Assembly: GCA_964057225.1 (NCBI GenBank)
Contig: OZ059898.1
Location: forward strand, 21,574,501-21,638,500
DNA: 64,000 bases
Origin: Auanema rhodensis
Taxonomy: Eukaryota; Animalia; Nematoda
Direction of reading: 5' to 3'
Shown: positions 1 through 13,200 of the stretch, one piece after another
How positions within the stretch are numbered: the stretch's first letter is position 1
Layout: each line of letters starts with the position of its first letter
Notes under the pieces: generated by a model
The model's database searches: none
Told to the model about the DNA's origin: nothing
What the model saw: only the letters and a program-made list of their open reading frames with translations
Translations under genes and position numbers: made by a program

Positions 1-62
1 ATTTGTTTTTAGACTAATATGGACTTAGGGAATCTAATTTTGAAAACCGCATCTCTTTATCT

Positions 63-134
63 TTCACGTGAAGCGAGTTACATACCAAGTGCACATCACG
101 TGTACATTTAATTAGCATAAATTAAAGTTCACGT
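63..134. other. Per-monomer motif cluster (shown for monomer 1): TTCACGTGAA (63-72), GTGCAC (89-94), ATCACGTG (95-102), TGTACA (101-106), TTCACGTA (128-135)
   Basis: Read directly from the sequence and present in nearly all monomers. CACGTG is the canonical bHLH E-box/G-box, and ATCACGTG fits the budding-yeast CDEI consensus RTCACRTG. Protein binding here is not demonstrated. Confidence 0.6.
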
Positions 135-146
135 AAATTTCAAAGT

Positions 147-159
147 CATGGTTACCATG
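147..159. other. Per-monomer dyad CATGGT-T-ACCATG (extends to TCATGGTTACCATGA in A160 monomers)
   Basis: Perfect 6-bp arms around a central T in almost every monomer; 7-bp arms when position 160 is A. Confidence 0.85.
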
Positions 160-1760
160 CACCAATATCAATAAAAATTTGTTTTTAGACTAATATGGAC
201 ATGGGGAATCTAATTTTAAAAACCGCATCTCTTTATCTTTCACGTGAAGCGAGTTACATACCAAGTGCACATCACGTGTACATTTAATTAGCATAAATTA
301 AAGTACACGTAAATTTCAAAGTCATGGTTATCATGCACCAATATCAATAAAAATTTGTTTTTAGACTAATATGGACATGGGGAATCTAATTTTGAAAACC
401 GCATCTCTTTATCTTTCACGTGAAGCGAGTTACATACCAAGTGCACATCACGTGTACATTTAATTAGCATAAATTAAAGTTCACGTAAATTTCAAAGTCA
501 TGGTTACCATGCACCAATATCAATAAAAATTTGTTTTTAGACTAATATGGACATGGGGAATCTAATTTTGAAAACCGCATCTCTTTATCTTTCACGTGAA
601 GCGAGTTACATACCAAGTGCACATCACGTGTACATTTAATTAGCATAAATTAAAGTTCACGTAAATTTCAAAGTCATGGTTACCATGAACCAATATCACT
701 AAAAATTTGTTTTTAGACTAATATGGACATGAGGAATCTAATTTTGAAAACCGCATCTCTTTATCTTTCACGTGAAGCGAGTTACATACCAAGTGCACAT
801 CACGTGTACATTTAATTAGCATAAATTAAAGTTCACGTAAATTTCAAAGTCATGGTTACCATGCACCAATATCAATAAAAATTTGTTTTTAGACTAATAT
901 GGACATGGGGAATCTAATTTTGAAAACCGCATCTCTTTATCTTTCACGTGAAGCGAGTTACATACCAAGTGCACATCACGTATACATTTAATTAGCATAA
1001 ATTAAAGTTCACTTAAATTTCAAAGTCATGGTTACCATGAACCAATATCACTAAAAATTTGTTTTTAGACTAATATGGACATGAGGAATCTAATTTTGAA
1101 AACCGCATCTCTTCATCTTTCACGTGAAGCGGGTTACATACCAAGTGCACATCACGTGTACATTTAATTAGCATAAATTAAAGTTCACTTAAATTTCAAA
1201 GTCATGGTTACCATGAACCAATATCACTAAAAATTTGTTTTTAGACTAATATGGACATGAGGAATCTAATTTTGAAAACCGCATCTCTTTATCTTTCACG
1301 TGAAGCGAGTTACATACCAAGTGCACATCACGTGTACATTTAATTAGCATAAATTAAAGTTCACGTAAATTTCAAAGTCATGGTTACCATGCACCAATAT
1401 CAATAAAAATTTGTTTTTAGACTAATATGGACATGGGGAATCTAATTTTAAAAACCGCATCTCTTTATCTTTCACGTGAAGCGAGTTACATACCAAGTGC
1501 ACATCACGTGTACATTTAATTAGCATAAATTAAAGTTCACGTAAATTTCAAAGTCATGGTTACCATGCACCAATATCAATAAAAATTTGTTTTTAGACTA
1601 ATATGGACATGGGGAATCTAATTTTAAAAACCGCATCTCTTTATCTTTCACGTGAAGCGAGTTACATACCAAGTGCACATCACGTGTACATTTAATTAGC
1701 ATAAATTAAAGTACACGTAAATTTCAAAGTCATGGTTATCATGCACCAATATCAATAAAA

Positions 1761-4700
1761 ATTTGTTTTTAGACTAATATGGACATGTGGAATCTAATTT
1801 TGAAAACCGCATCTCTTTATCTTTCACGTGAAGCGAGTTACATACCAAGTGCACATCACGTGTACATTTAATTAGCATGAATTAAAGTTCACGTAAATTT
1901 CAAAGTCATGGTTACCATGCACCAATATCAATAAAAATTTGTTTTTAGACTAATATGGACATGGGGAATCTAATTTTGAAAACCGCATCTCTTTATCTTT
2001 CACGTGAAGCGAGTTACATACCAAGTGCACATCACGTGTACATTTAATTAGCATAAATTAAAGTTCACGTAAATTTCAAAGTCATGGTTACCATGCACCA
2101 ATATCAATAAAAATTTGTTTTTAGACTAATATGGACATGGGGAATCTAATTTTGAAAACCGCATCTCTTTATCTTTCACGTGAAGCGAGTTACATACCAA
2201 GTGCACATCACGTGTACATTTAATTAGCATAAGTTAAAGTTCACGTAAATTTCAAAGTCATGGTTACCATGAACCAATATCAATAAAAATTTGTTTTTAG
2301 ACTAATATGGACATGGGGAATCTAATTTTGAAAACCGCATCTCTTTATCTCTCACGTGAAGCGAGTTACATACCAAGTGCACATCACGTGTACATTTAAT
2401 TAGCATAAATTAAAGTTCACGTAAATTTCAAAGTCATGGTTACCATGCACCAATATCAATAAAAATTTGTTTTTAGACTAATATGGACATGGGGAATCTA
2501 ATTTTGAAAACCGCATCTCTTTATCTTTCACGTGAAGCGAGTTACATACCAAGTGCACATCACGTGTACATTTAATTAGCATAAGTTAAAGTTCACGTAA
2601 ATTTCAAAGTCATGGTTACCATGAACCAATATCAATAAAAATTTGTTTTTAGACTAATATGGACATGGGGAATCTAATTTTGAAAACCGCATCTCTTTAT
2701 CTCTCACGTGAAGCGAGTTACATACCAAGTGCACATCACGTGTACATTTAATTAGCATAAATTAAAGTTCACGTAAATTTCAAAGTCATGGTTACCATGC
2801 ACCAATATCAATAAAAATTTGTTTTTAGACTAATATGGACATGGGGAATCTAATTTTGAAAACCGCATCTCTTTATCTTTCACGTGAAGCGAGTTACATA
2901 CCAAGTGCACATCACGTGTACATTTAATTAGCATAAATTAAAGTACACGTAAATTTCAAAGTCATGGTTACCATGCACCAATATCAATAAAAATTTGTTT
3001 TTAGACTAATATGGACATGGGGAATCTAATTTTGAAAACCGCATCTCTTTATCTCTCACGTGAAGCGAGTTACATACCAAGTGCACATCACGTGTACATT
3101 TAATTAGCATAAATTAAAGTTCACGTAAATTTCAAAGTCATGGTTACCATGAACCAATATCAATAAAAATTTGTTTTTAGACTAATATGGACATGGGGAA
3201 TCTAATTTTGAAAACCGCATCTCTTTATCTTTCACGTGAAGCGAGTTACATACCAAGTGCACATCACGTGTACATTTAATTAGCATAAATTAAAGTTCAC
3301 GTAAATTTCAAAGTCATGGTTACCATGAACCAATATCAATAAAAATTTGTTTTTAGACTAATATGGACTTGGGGAATCTAATTTTGAAAACCGCATCTCT
3401 TTATCTCTCACGTGAAGCGAGTTACATACCAAGTGCACATCACGTGTACATTTAATTAGCATAAATTAAAGTTCACGTAAATTTCAAAGTCATGGTTACC
3501 ATGCACCAATATCAATAAAAATTTGTTTTTAGACTAATATGGACATGGGGAATCTAATTTTGAAAACCGCATCTCTTTATCTTTCACGTGAAGCGAGTTA
3601 CATACCAAGTGCACATCACGTGTACATTTAATTAGCATAAATTAAAGTTCACGTAAATTTCAAAGTCATGGTTACCATGAACCAATATCAATAAAAATTT
3701 GTTTTTAGACTAATATGGACATGGGGAATCTAATTTTGAAAACCGCTTCTCTTTATCTTTCACGTGAAGCGAGTTACATACCAAGTGCACATCACGTGTA
3801 CATTTAATTAGCATAAATTAAAGTTCACGTAAATTTCAAAGTCATGGTTACCATGAACCAATATCAATAAAAATTTGTTTTTAGACTAATATGGACTTGG
3901 GGAATCTAATTTTGAAAACCGCATCTCTTTATCTCTCACGTGAAGCGAGTTACATACCAAGTGCACATCACGTGTACATTTAATTAGCATAAATTAAAGT
4001 TCACGTAAATTTCAAAGTCATGGTTACCATGAACCAATATCAATAAAAATTTGTTTTTAGACTAATATGGACATGGGGAATCTAATTTTGAAAACCGCAT
4101 CTCTTTATCTTTCACGTGAAGCGAGTTACATACCAAGTGCACATCACGTGTACATTTAATTAGCATAAATTAAAGTTCACGTAAATTTCAAAGTCATGGT
4201 TACCATGAACCAATATCAATAAAAATTTGTTTTTAGACTAATATGGACTTGGGGAATCTAATTTTGAAAACCGCATCTCTTTATCTCTCACGTGAAGCGA
4301 GTTACATACCAAGTGCACATCACGTGTACATTTAATTAGCATAAATTAAAGTTCACGTAAATTTCAAAGTCATGGTTACCATGCACCAATATCAATAAAA
4401 ATTTGTTTTTAGACTAATATGGACATGGGGAATCTAATTTTGAAAACCGCATCTCTTTATCTTTCACGTGAAGCGAGTTACATACCAAGTGCACATCACG
4501 TGTACATTTAATTAGCATAAATTAAAGTTCACGTAAATTTCAAAGTCATGGTTACCATGAACCAATATCAATAAAAATTTGTTTTCAGTCTAAAATGGAC
4601 TTGGGGAATCTAATTTTGAAAACCGCATCTCTTTATCTTTCACGTGAAGCGAGTTACATACCAAGTGCACATCACGTGTACATTTAATTAGCATAAATTA

Positions 4701-7700
4701 AAGTTCACGTAAATTTCAAAGTCATGGTTACCATGCACCAATATCAATAAAAATTTGTTTTTAGACTAATATGGACATGGGGAATCTAATTTTGAAAACC
4801 GCATCTCTTTATCTTTCACGTGAAGCGAGTTACATACCAAGTGCACATCACGTGTACATTTAATTAGCATAAATTAAAGTTCACGTAAATTTCAAAGTCA
4901 TGGTTACCATGAACCAATATCAATAAAAATTTGTTTTTAGACTAATATGGACATGGGGAATCTAATTTTGAAAACCGCATCTCTTTATCTTTCACGTGAA
5001 GCGAGTTACATACCAAGTGCACATCACGTGTACATTTAATTAGCATAAATTAAAGTTCACGTAAATTTCAAAATCATGGTTACCATGTACCAATATGAAT
5101 AAAAATTTGTTTTTAGACTAACATGGACATGGGGAATCTAATTTTGAAAACCGCATCTCTTTATCTTTCACGTGAAGCGGGTTACATACCAAGTGCACAT
5201 CACGTGTACATTTAATTAGCATAAATTAAAGTTCACGTAAATTTCAAAGTCATGGTTACCATGAACCAGTATCAATAAAAATTTGTTTTTAGACTAATAT
5301 GGACATGAGGAATCTAATTTTGAAAACCGCATCTCTTTATCTTTCACGTGAAGCGAGTTACATACCAAGTGCACATCACGTGTACATTTAATTAGCATAA
5401 ATCAAAGTTCACGTAAATTTCAAAGTCATGGTTACCATGCACCAATATCAATAAAAATTTGTTTTTAGACTAATATGGACATGGGGAATCTAATTTTGAA
5501 AACCGCATCTCTTTATCTTTCACGTGAAGCGAGTTACATACCAAGTGCACATCACGTGTACATTTAATTAGCATAAATTAAAGTTCACGTAAATTTCAAA
5601 GTCATGGTTACCATGAACCAATATCAATAAAAATTTGTTTTTAGACTAATATGGACTTGGGGAATCTAATTTTGAAAACAGCATCTCTTTATCTTTCACG
5701 TGAAGCGAGTTACATACCAAGTGCACATCACGTGTACATTTAATTCGCATAAATTAAAGTTCACGTAAATTTCAAAGTCATGGTTACCATGCACCAATAT
5801 CAATAAAAATTTGTTTTTAGACTAATATGGACATGGGGAATCTAATTTTGAAAACCGCATCTCTTTATCTTTCACTTGAAGCGAGTTACATACCAAGTGC
5901 ACATCACGTGTACATTTAATTAGCATAAATTAAAGTTCACGTAAATTTCAAAGTCATGGTTACCATGAACCAATATCAATAAAAATTTGTTTTTAGACTA
6001 ATATGGACATGGGGAATCTAATTTTGAAAACCGCATCTCTTTATCTTTCACGTGAAGCGAGTTACATACCAAGTGCACATCACGTGTACATTTAATTAGC
6101 ATAAATTAAAGTTCACGTAAATTTCAAAGTCATGGTTACCATGAACCAATATCACTAAAAATTTGTTTTTAGACTAATATGGACATGAGGAATCTAATTT
6201 TGAAAACCGCATCTCTTTATCTTTCACGTGAAGCGAGTTACATACCAAGTGCACATCACGTGTACATTTAATTAGCATAAATTAAAGTTCACGTAAATTT
6301 CAAAGTCATGGTTACCATGAACCAATATCAATAAAAATTTGTTTTTAGACTAATATGGACATGGGGAATCTAATTTTGAAAACGGCATCTCTTTATCTCT
6401 CACGTGAAGCGAGTTACATACCAAGTGCACATCACGTGTACATTTAATTAGCATAAATTAAAGTTCACGTAAATTTCAAAGTCATGGTTACCATGCACCA
6501 ATATCAATAAAAATTGATTTTTAGACTAATATGGACATGGGGAATCTAATTTTGAAAACCGCTTCTCTTTATCTTTCACGTGAAGCGAGTTACATACCAA
6601 GTGCACATCACGTGTACATTTAATTAGCATAAATTAAAGTTCACTTAAATTTCAAAGTCATGGTTACCATGAACCAATATCACTAAAAATTTGTTTTTAG
6701 ACTAATATGGACATGAGGAATCTAATTTTGAAAACCGCATCTCTTTATCTTTCACGTGAAGCGAGTTACATACCAAGTGCACATCACGTGTACATTTAAT
6801 TAGCATAAATTAAAGTTCACGTAAATTTCAAAGTCATGGTTATCATGAACCAATATCAATAAAAATTTGTTTTTAGACTAATATGGACATGAGGAATCTA
6901 ATTTTGAAAACCGCATCTCTTCATCTTTCACGTGAAGCGGGTTACATACCAAGTGCACATCACGTGTACATTTAATTAGCATAAATTAAAGTTCACGTAA
7001 ATTTCAAAGTCATGGTTACCATGCACCAATATCAATAAAAATTTGTTTTTAGACTAATATGGACATGGGGAATCTAATTTTAAAAACCGCATCTCTTTAT
7101 CTTTCACGTGAAGCGAGTTACATACCAAGTGCACATCACGTGTACATTTAATTAGCATAAATTAAAGTACACGTAAATTTCAAAGTCATGGTTATCATGC
7201 ACCAATATCAATAAAAATTTGTTTTTAGACTAATATGGACATGGGGAATCTAATTTTGAAAACCGCATCTCTTTATCTTTCACGTGAAGCGAGTTACATA
7301 CCAAGTGCACATCACGTGTACATTTAATTAGCATAAATTAAAGTTCACGTAAATTTCAAAGTCATGGTTACCATGCACCAATATCAATAAAAATTTGTTT
7401 TTAGACTAATATGGACATGGGGAATCTAATTTTGAAAACCGCATCTCTTTATCTTTCACGTGAAGCGAGTTACATACCAAGTGCACATCACGTGTACATT
7501 TAATTAGCATAAATTAAAGTTCACGTAAATTTCAAAGTCATGGTTACCATGAACCAATATCACTAAAAATTTGTTTTTAGACTAATATGGACATGAGGAA
7601 TCTAATTTTGAAAACCGCATCTCTTTATCTTTCACGTGAAGCGAGTTACATACCAAGTGCACATCACGTGTACATTTAATTAGCATAAATTAAAGTTCAC

Positions 7701-10700
7701 GTAAATTTCAAAGTCATGGTTACCATGCACCAATATCAATAAAAATTTGTTTTTAGACTAATATGGACATGGGGAATCTAATTTTGAAAACCGCATCTCT
7801 TTATCTTTCACGTGAAGCGAGTTACATACCAAGTGCACATCACGTGTACATTTAATTAGCATAAATTAAAGTTCACGTAAATTTCAAAGTCATGGTTACC
7901 ATGCACCAATATCAATAAAAATTTGTTTTTAGACTAATATGGACATGGGGAATCTAATTTTGAAAACCGCATCTCTTTATCTTTCACGTGAAGCGAGTTA
8001 CATACCAAGTGCACATCACGTGTACATTTAATTAGCATAAGTTAAAGTTCACGTAAATTTCAAAGTCATGGTTACCATGAACCAATATCAATAAAAATTT
8101 GTTTTTAGACTAATATGGACATGGGGAATCTAATTTTGAAAACCGCATCTCTTTATCTCTCACGTGAAGCGAGTTACATACCAAGTGCACATCACGTGTA
8201 CATTTAATTAGCATAAATTAAAGTTCACGTAAATTTCAAAGTCATGGTTACCATGCACCAATATCAATAAAAATTTGTTTTTAGACTAATATGGACATGG
8301 GGAATCTAATTTTGAAAACCGCATCTCTTTATCTTTCACGTGAAGCGAGTTACATACCAAGTGCACATCACGTGTACATTTAATTAGCATAAGTTAAAGT
8401 TCACGTAAATTTCAAAGTCATGGTTACCATGAACCAATATCAATAAAAATTTGTTTTTAGACTAATATGGACATGTGGAATCTAATTTTGAAAACCGCAT
8501 CTCTTTATCTTTCACGTGAAGCGAGTTACATACCAAGTGCACATCACGTGTACATTTAATTAGCATGAATTAAAGTTCACGTAAATTTCAAAGTCATGGT
8601 TACCATGCACCAATATCAATAAAAATTTGTTTTTAGACTAATATGGACATGGGGAATCTAATTTTGAAAACCGCATCTCTTTATCTTTCACGTGAAGCGA
8701 GTTACATACCAAGTGCACATCACGTGTACATTTAATTAGCATAAATTAAAGTTCACGTAAATTTCAAAGTCATGGTTACCATGCACCAATATCAATAAAA
8801 ATTTGTTTTTAGACTAATATGGACATGGGGAATCTAATTTTGAAAACCGCATCTCTTTATCTTTCACGTGAAGCGAGTTACATACCAAGTGCACATCACG
8901 TGTACATTTAATTAGCATAAGTTAAAGTTCACGTAAATTTCAAAGTCATGGTTACCATGAACCAATATCAATAAAAATTTGTTTTTAGACTAATATGGAC
9001 ATGGGGAATCTAATTTTGAAAACCGCATCTCTTTATCTCTCACGTGAAGCGAGTTACATACCAAGTGCACATCACGTGTACATTTAATTAGCATAAATTA
9101 AAGTTCACGTAAATTTCAAAGTCATGGTTACCATGCACCAATATCAATAAAAATTTGTTTTTAGACTAATATGGACATGGGGAATCTAATTTTGAAAACC
9201 GCATCTCTTTATCTTTCACGTGAAGCGAGTTACATACCAAGTGCACATCACGTGTACATTTAATTAGCATAAGTTAAAGTTCACGTAAATTTCAAAGTCA
9301 TGGTTACCATGAACCAATATCAATAAAAATTTGTTTTTAGACTAATATGGACATGGGGAATCTAATTTTGAAAACCGCATCTCTTTATCTCTCACGTGAA
9401 GCGAGTTACATACCAAGTGCACATCACGTGTACATTTAATTAGCATAAATTAAAGTTCACGTAAATTTCAAAGTCATGGTTACCATGCACCAATATCAAT
9501 AAAAATTTGTTTTTAGACTAATATGGACATGGGGAATCTAATTTTGAAAACCGCATCTCTTTATCTTTCACGTGAAGCGAGTTACATACCAAGTGCACAT
9601 CACGTGTACATTTAATTAGCATAAATTAAAGTACACGTAAATTTCAAAGTCATGGTTACCATGCACCAATATCAATAAAAATTTGTTTTTAGACTAATAT
9701 GGACATGGGGAATCTAATTTTGAAAACCGCATCTCTTTATCTCTCACGTGAAGCGAGTTACATACCAAGTGCACATCACGTGTACATTTAATTAGCATAA
9801 ATTAAAGTTCACGTAAATTTCAAAGTCATGGTTACCATGAACCAATATCAATAAAAATTTGTTTTTAGACTAATATGGACATGGGGAATCTAATTTTGAA
9901 AACCGCATCTCTTTATCTTTCACGTGAAGCGAGTTACATACCAAGTGCACATCACGTGTACATTTAATTAGCATAAATTAAAGTTCACGTAAATTTCAAA
10001 GTCATGGTTACCATGAACCAATATCAATAAAAATTTGTTTTTAGACTAATATGGACTTGGGGAATCTAATTTTGAAAACCGCATCTCTTTATCTCTCACG
10101 TGAAGCGAGTTACATACCAAGTGCACATCACGTGTACATTTAATTAGCATAAATTAAAGTTCACGTAAATTTCAAAGTCATGGTTACCATGCACCAATAT
10201 CAATAAAAATTTGTTTTTAGACTAATATGGACATGGGGAATCTAATTTTGAAAACCGCATCTCTTTATCTTTCACGTGAAGCGAGTTACATACCAAGTGC
10301 ACATCACGTGTACATTTAATTAGCATAAATTAAAGTTCACGTAAATTTCAAAGTCATGGTTACCATGAACCAATATCAATAAAAATTTGTTTTTAGACTA
10401 ATATGGACATGGGGAATCTAATTTTGAAAACCGCTTCTCTTTATCTTTCACGTGAAGCGAGTTACATACCAAGTGCACATCACGTGTACATTTAATTAGC
10501 ATAAATTAAAGTTCACGTAAATTTCAAAGTCATGGTTACCATGAACCAATATCAATAAAAATTTGTTTTTAGACTAATATGGACTTGGGGAATCTAATTT
10601 TGAAAACCGCATCTCTTTATCTCTCACGTGAAGCGAGTTACATACCAAGTGCACATCACGTGTACATTTAATTAGCATAAATTAAAGTTCACGTAAATTT

Positions 10701-10736
10701 CAAAGTCATGGTTACCATGAACCAATATCAATAAAA
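1761..10736. repeat. 13-monomer block duplication: 1761-4048 copied at 8449-10736 (offset 6688 = 38 monomers)
   Basis: Both copies carry the same ordered variants: T28+G119, G121, C63, G121, C63, A129, C63, T25+C63, T51, T25+C63. Confidence 0.85.
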
Positions 10737-13200
10737 ATTTGTTTTTAGACTAATATGGACTTGGGGAATCTAATTTTGAAAACCGCATCTCTTTATCTCT
10801 CACGTGAAGCGAGTTACATACCAAGTGCACATCACGTGTACATTTAATTAGCATAAATTAAAGTTCACGTAAATTTCAAAGTCATGGTTACCATGAACCA
10901 ATATCAATAAAAATTTGTTTTTAGACTAATATGGACATGGGGAATCTAATTTTGAAAACCGCATCTCTTTATCTTTCACGTGAAGCGAGTTACATACCAA
11001 GTGCACATCACGTGTACATTTAATTAGCATAAATTAAAGTTCACGTAAATTTCAAAGTCATGGTTACCATGAACCAATATCAATAAAAATTTGTTTTTAG
11101 ACTAATATGGACATGGGGAATCTAATTTTGAAAACCGCATCTCTTTATCTTTCACGTGAAGCGAGTTACATACCAAGTGCACATCACGTGTACATTTAAT
11201 TAGCATAAATTAAAGTTCACGTAAATTTCAAAGTCATGGTTACCATGAACCAATATCAATAAAAATTTGTTTTTAGACTAATATGGACATGGGGAATCTA
11301 ATTTTGAAAACCGCATCTCTTTATCTTTCACGTGAAGCGAGTTACATACCAAGTGCACATCACGTGTACATTTAATTAGCATAAATTAAAGTTCACGTAA
11401 ATTTCAAAGTCATGGTTACCATGAACCAATATCAATAAAAATTTGTTTTTAGACTAATATGGACATGGGGAATCTAATTTTGAAAACCGCTTCTCTTTAT
11501 CTTTCACGTGAAGCGAGTTACATACCAAGTGCACATCACGTGTACATTTAATTAGCATAAATTAAAGTTCACGTAAATTTCAAAGTCATGGTTACCATGA
11601 ACCAATATCAATAAAAATTTGTTTTTAGACTAATATGGACTTGGGGAATCTAATTTTGAAAACCGCATCTCTTTATCTCTCACGTGAAGCGAGTTACATA
11701 CCAAGTGCACATCACGTGTACATTTAATTAGCATAAATTAAAGTTCACGTAAATTTCAAAGTCATGGTTACCATGAACCAATATCAATAAAAATTTGTTT
11801 TTAGACTAATATGGACATGGGGAATCTAATTTTGAAAACCGCATCTCTTTATCTTTCACGTGAAGCGAGTTACATACCAAGTGCACATCACGTGTACATT
11901 TAATTAGCATAAATTAAAGTTCACGTAAATTTCAAAGTCATGGTTACCATGAACCAATATCAATAAAAATTTGTTTTTAGACTAATATGGACTTGGGGAA
12001 TCTAATTTTGAAAACCGCATCTCTTTATCTCTCACGTGAAGCGAGTTACATACCAAGTGCACATCACGTGTACATTTAATTAGCATAAATTAAAGTTCAC
12101 GTAAATTTCAAAGTCATGGTTACCATGAACCAATATCAATAAAAATTTGTTTTTAGACTAATATGGACATGAGGAATCTAATTTTGAAAACCGCATCTCT
12201 TTATCTTTCACGTGAAGCGAGTTACATACCAAGTGCACATCACGTGTACATTTAATTAGCATAAATCAAAGTTCACGTAAATTTCAAAGTCATGGTTACC
12301 ATGAACCAATATCAATAAAAATTTGTTTTCAGTCTAAAATGGACTTGGGGAATCTAATTTTGAAAACCGCATCTCTTTATCTTTCACGTGAAGCGAGTTA
12401 CATACCAAGTGCACATCACGTGTACATTTAATTAGCATAAATTAAAGTTCACGTAAATTTCAAAGTCATGGTTACCATGAACCAATATCAATAAAAATTT
12501 GTTTTTAGACTAATATGGACTTGGGGAATCTAATTTTGAAAACAGCATCTCTTTATCTTTCACGTGAAGCGAGTTACATACCAAGTGCACATCACGTGTA
12601 CATTTAATTAGCATAAATTAAAGTTCACGTAAATTTCAAAGTCATGGTTACCATGAACCAATATCAATAAAAATTTGTTTTTAGACTAATATGGACATGG
12701 GGAATCTAATTTTGAAAACCGCATCTCTTTATCTTTCACGTGAAGCGAGTTACATACCAAGTGCACATCACGTGTACATTTAATTAGCATAAATTAAAGT
12801 TCACGTAAATTTCAAAATCATGGTTACCATGTACCAATATCAATAAAAATTTGTTTTTAGACTAACATGGACATGGGGAATCTAATTTTGAAAACCGCAT
12901 CTCTTTATCTTTCACGTGAAGCGGGTTACATACCAAGTGCACATCACGTGTACATTTAATTAGCATAAATTAAAGTTCACGTAAATTTCAAAGTCATGGT
13001 TACCATGAACCAATATCAATAAAAATTTGTTTTTAGACTAATATGGACATGAGGAATCTAATTTTGAAAACCGCATCTCTTTATCTTTCACGTGAAGCGA
13101 GTTACATACCAAGTGCACATCACGTGTACATTTAATTAGCATAAATCAAAGTTCACGTAAATTTCAAAGTCATGGTTACCATGCACCAATATCAATAAAA
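3697..13200. repeat. ~10-monomer imperfect block duplication: 3697-5456 vs 11441-13200 (offset 7744 = 44 monomers)
   Basis: Rare markers are shared in order: T51; TTTTCAGTCTAAAAT (4586/12330); AAATCATG+T160 (5088/12832); C19+G76; A28+C123. Confidence 0.8.

Noticed and set aside
21-30. G-quadruplex or telomeric motif at GGACATGGGG
   Set aside because: There is only one G4 run per 176 bp and no telomere-type repeat.
1-176. Identity with Brassica CentBr (176 bp), Arabidopsis CEN178, alpha satellite or a CENP-B box
   Set aside because: Only the length is similar. I see no sequence resemblance from memory and no TTCG-N4-A-N2-CGGG motif; a database search is needed to settle it.
1-176. Tandem 5S rRNA, tRNA, snRNA or spliced-leader gene array
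   Set aside because: There is no recognisable 5S or tRNA sequence, cloverleaf or A/B box, and the GC content is too low.
95-176. Budding-yeast point centromere (CDEI-CDEII-CDEIII)
   Set aside because: The CDEI-like octamer is not followed by a ~80-bp >90% AT element and a CDEIII CCGAA core, and point centromeres are not tandem arrays.
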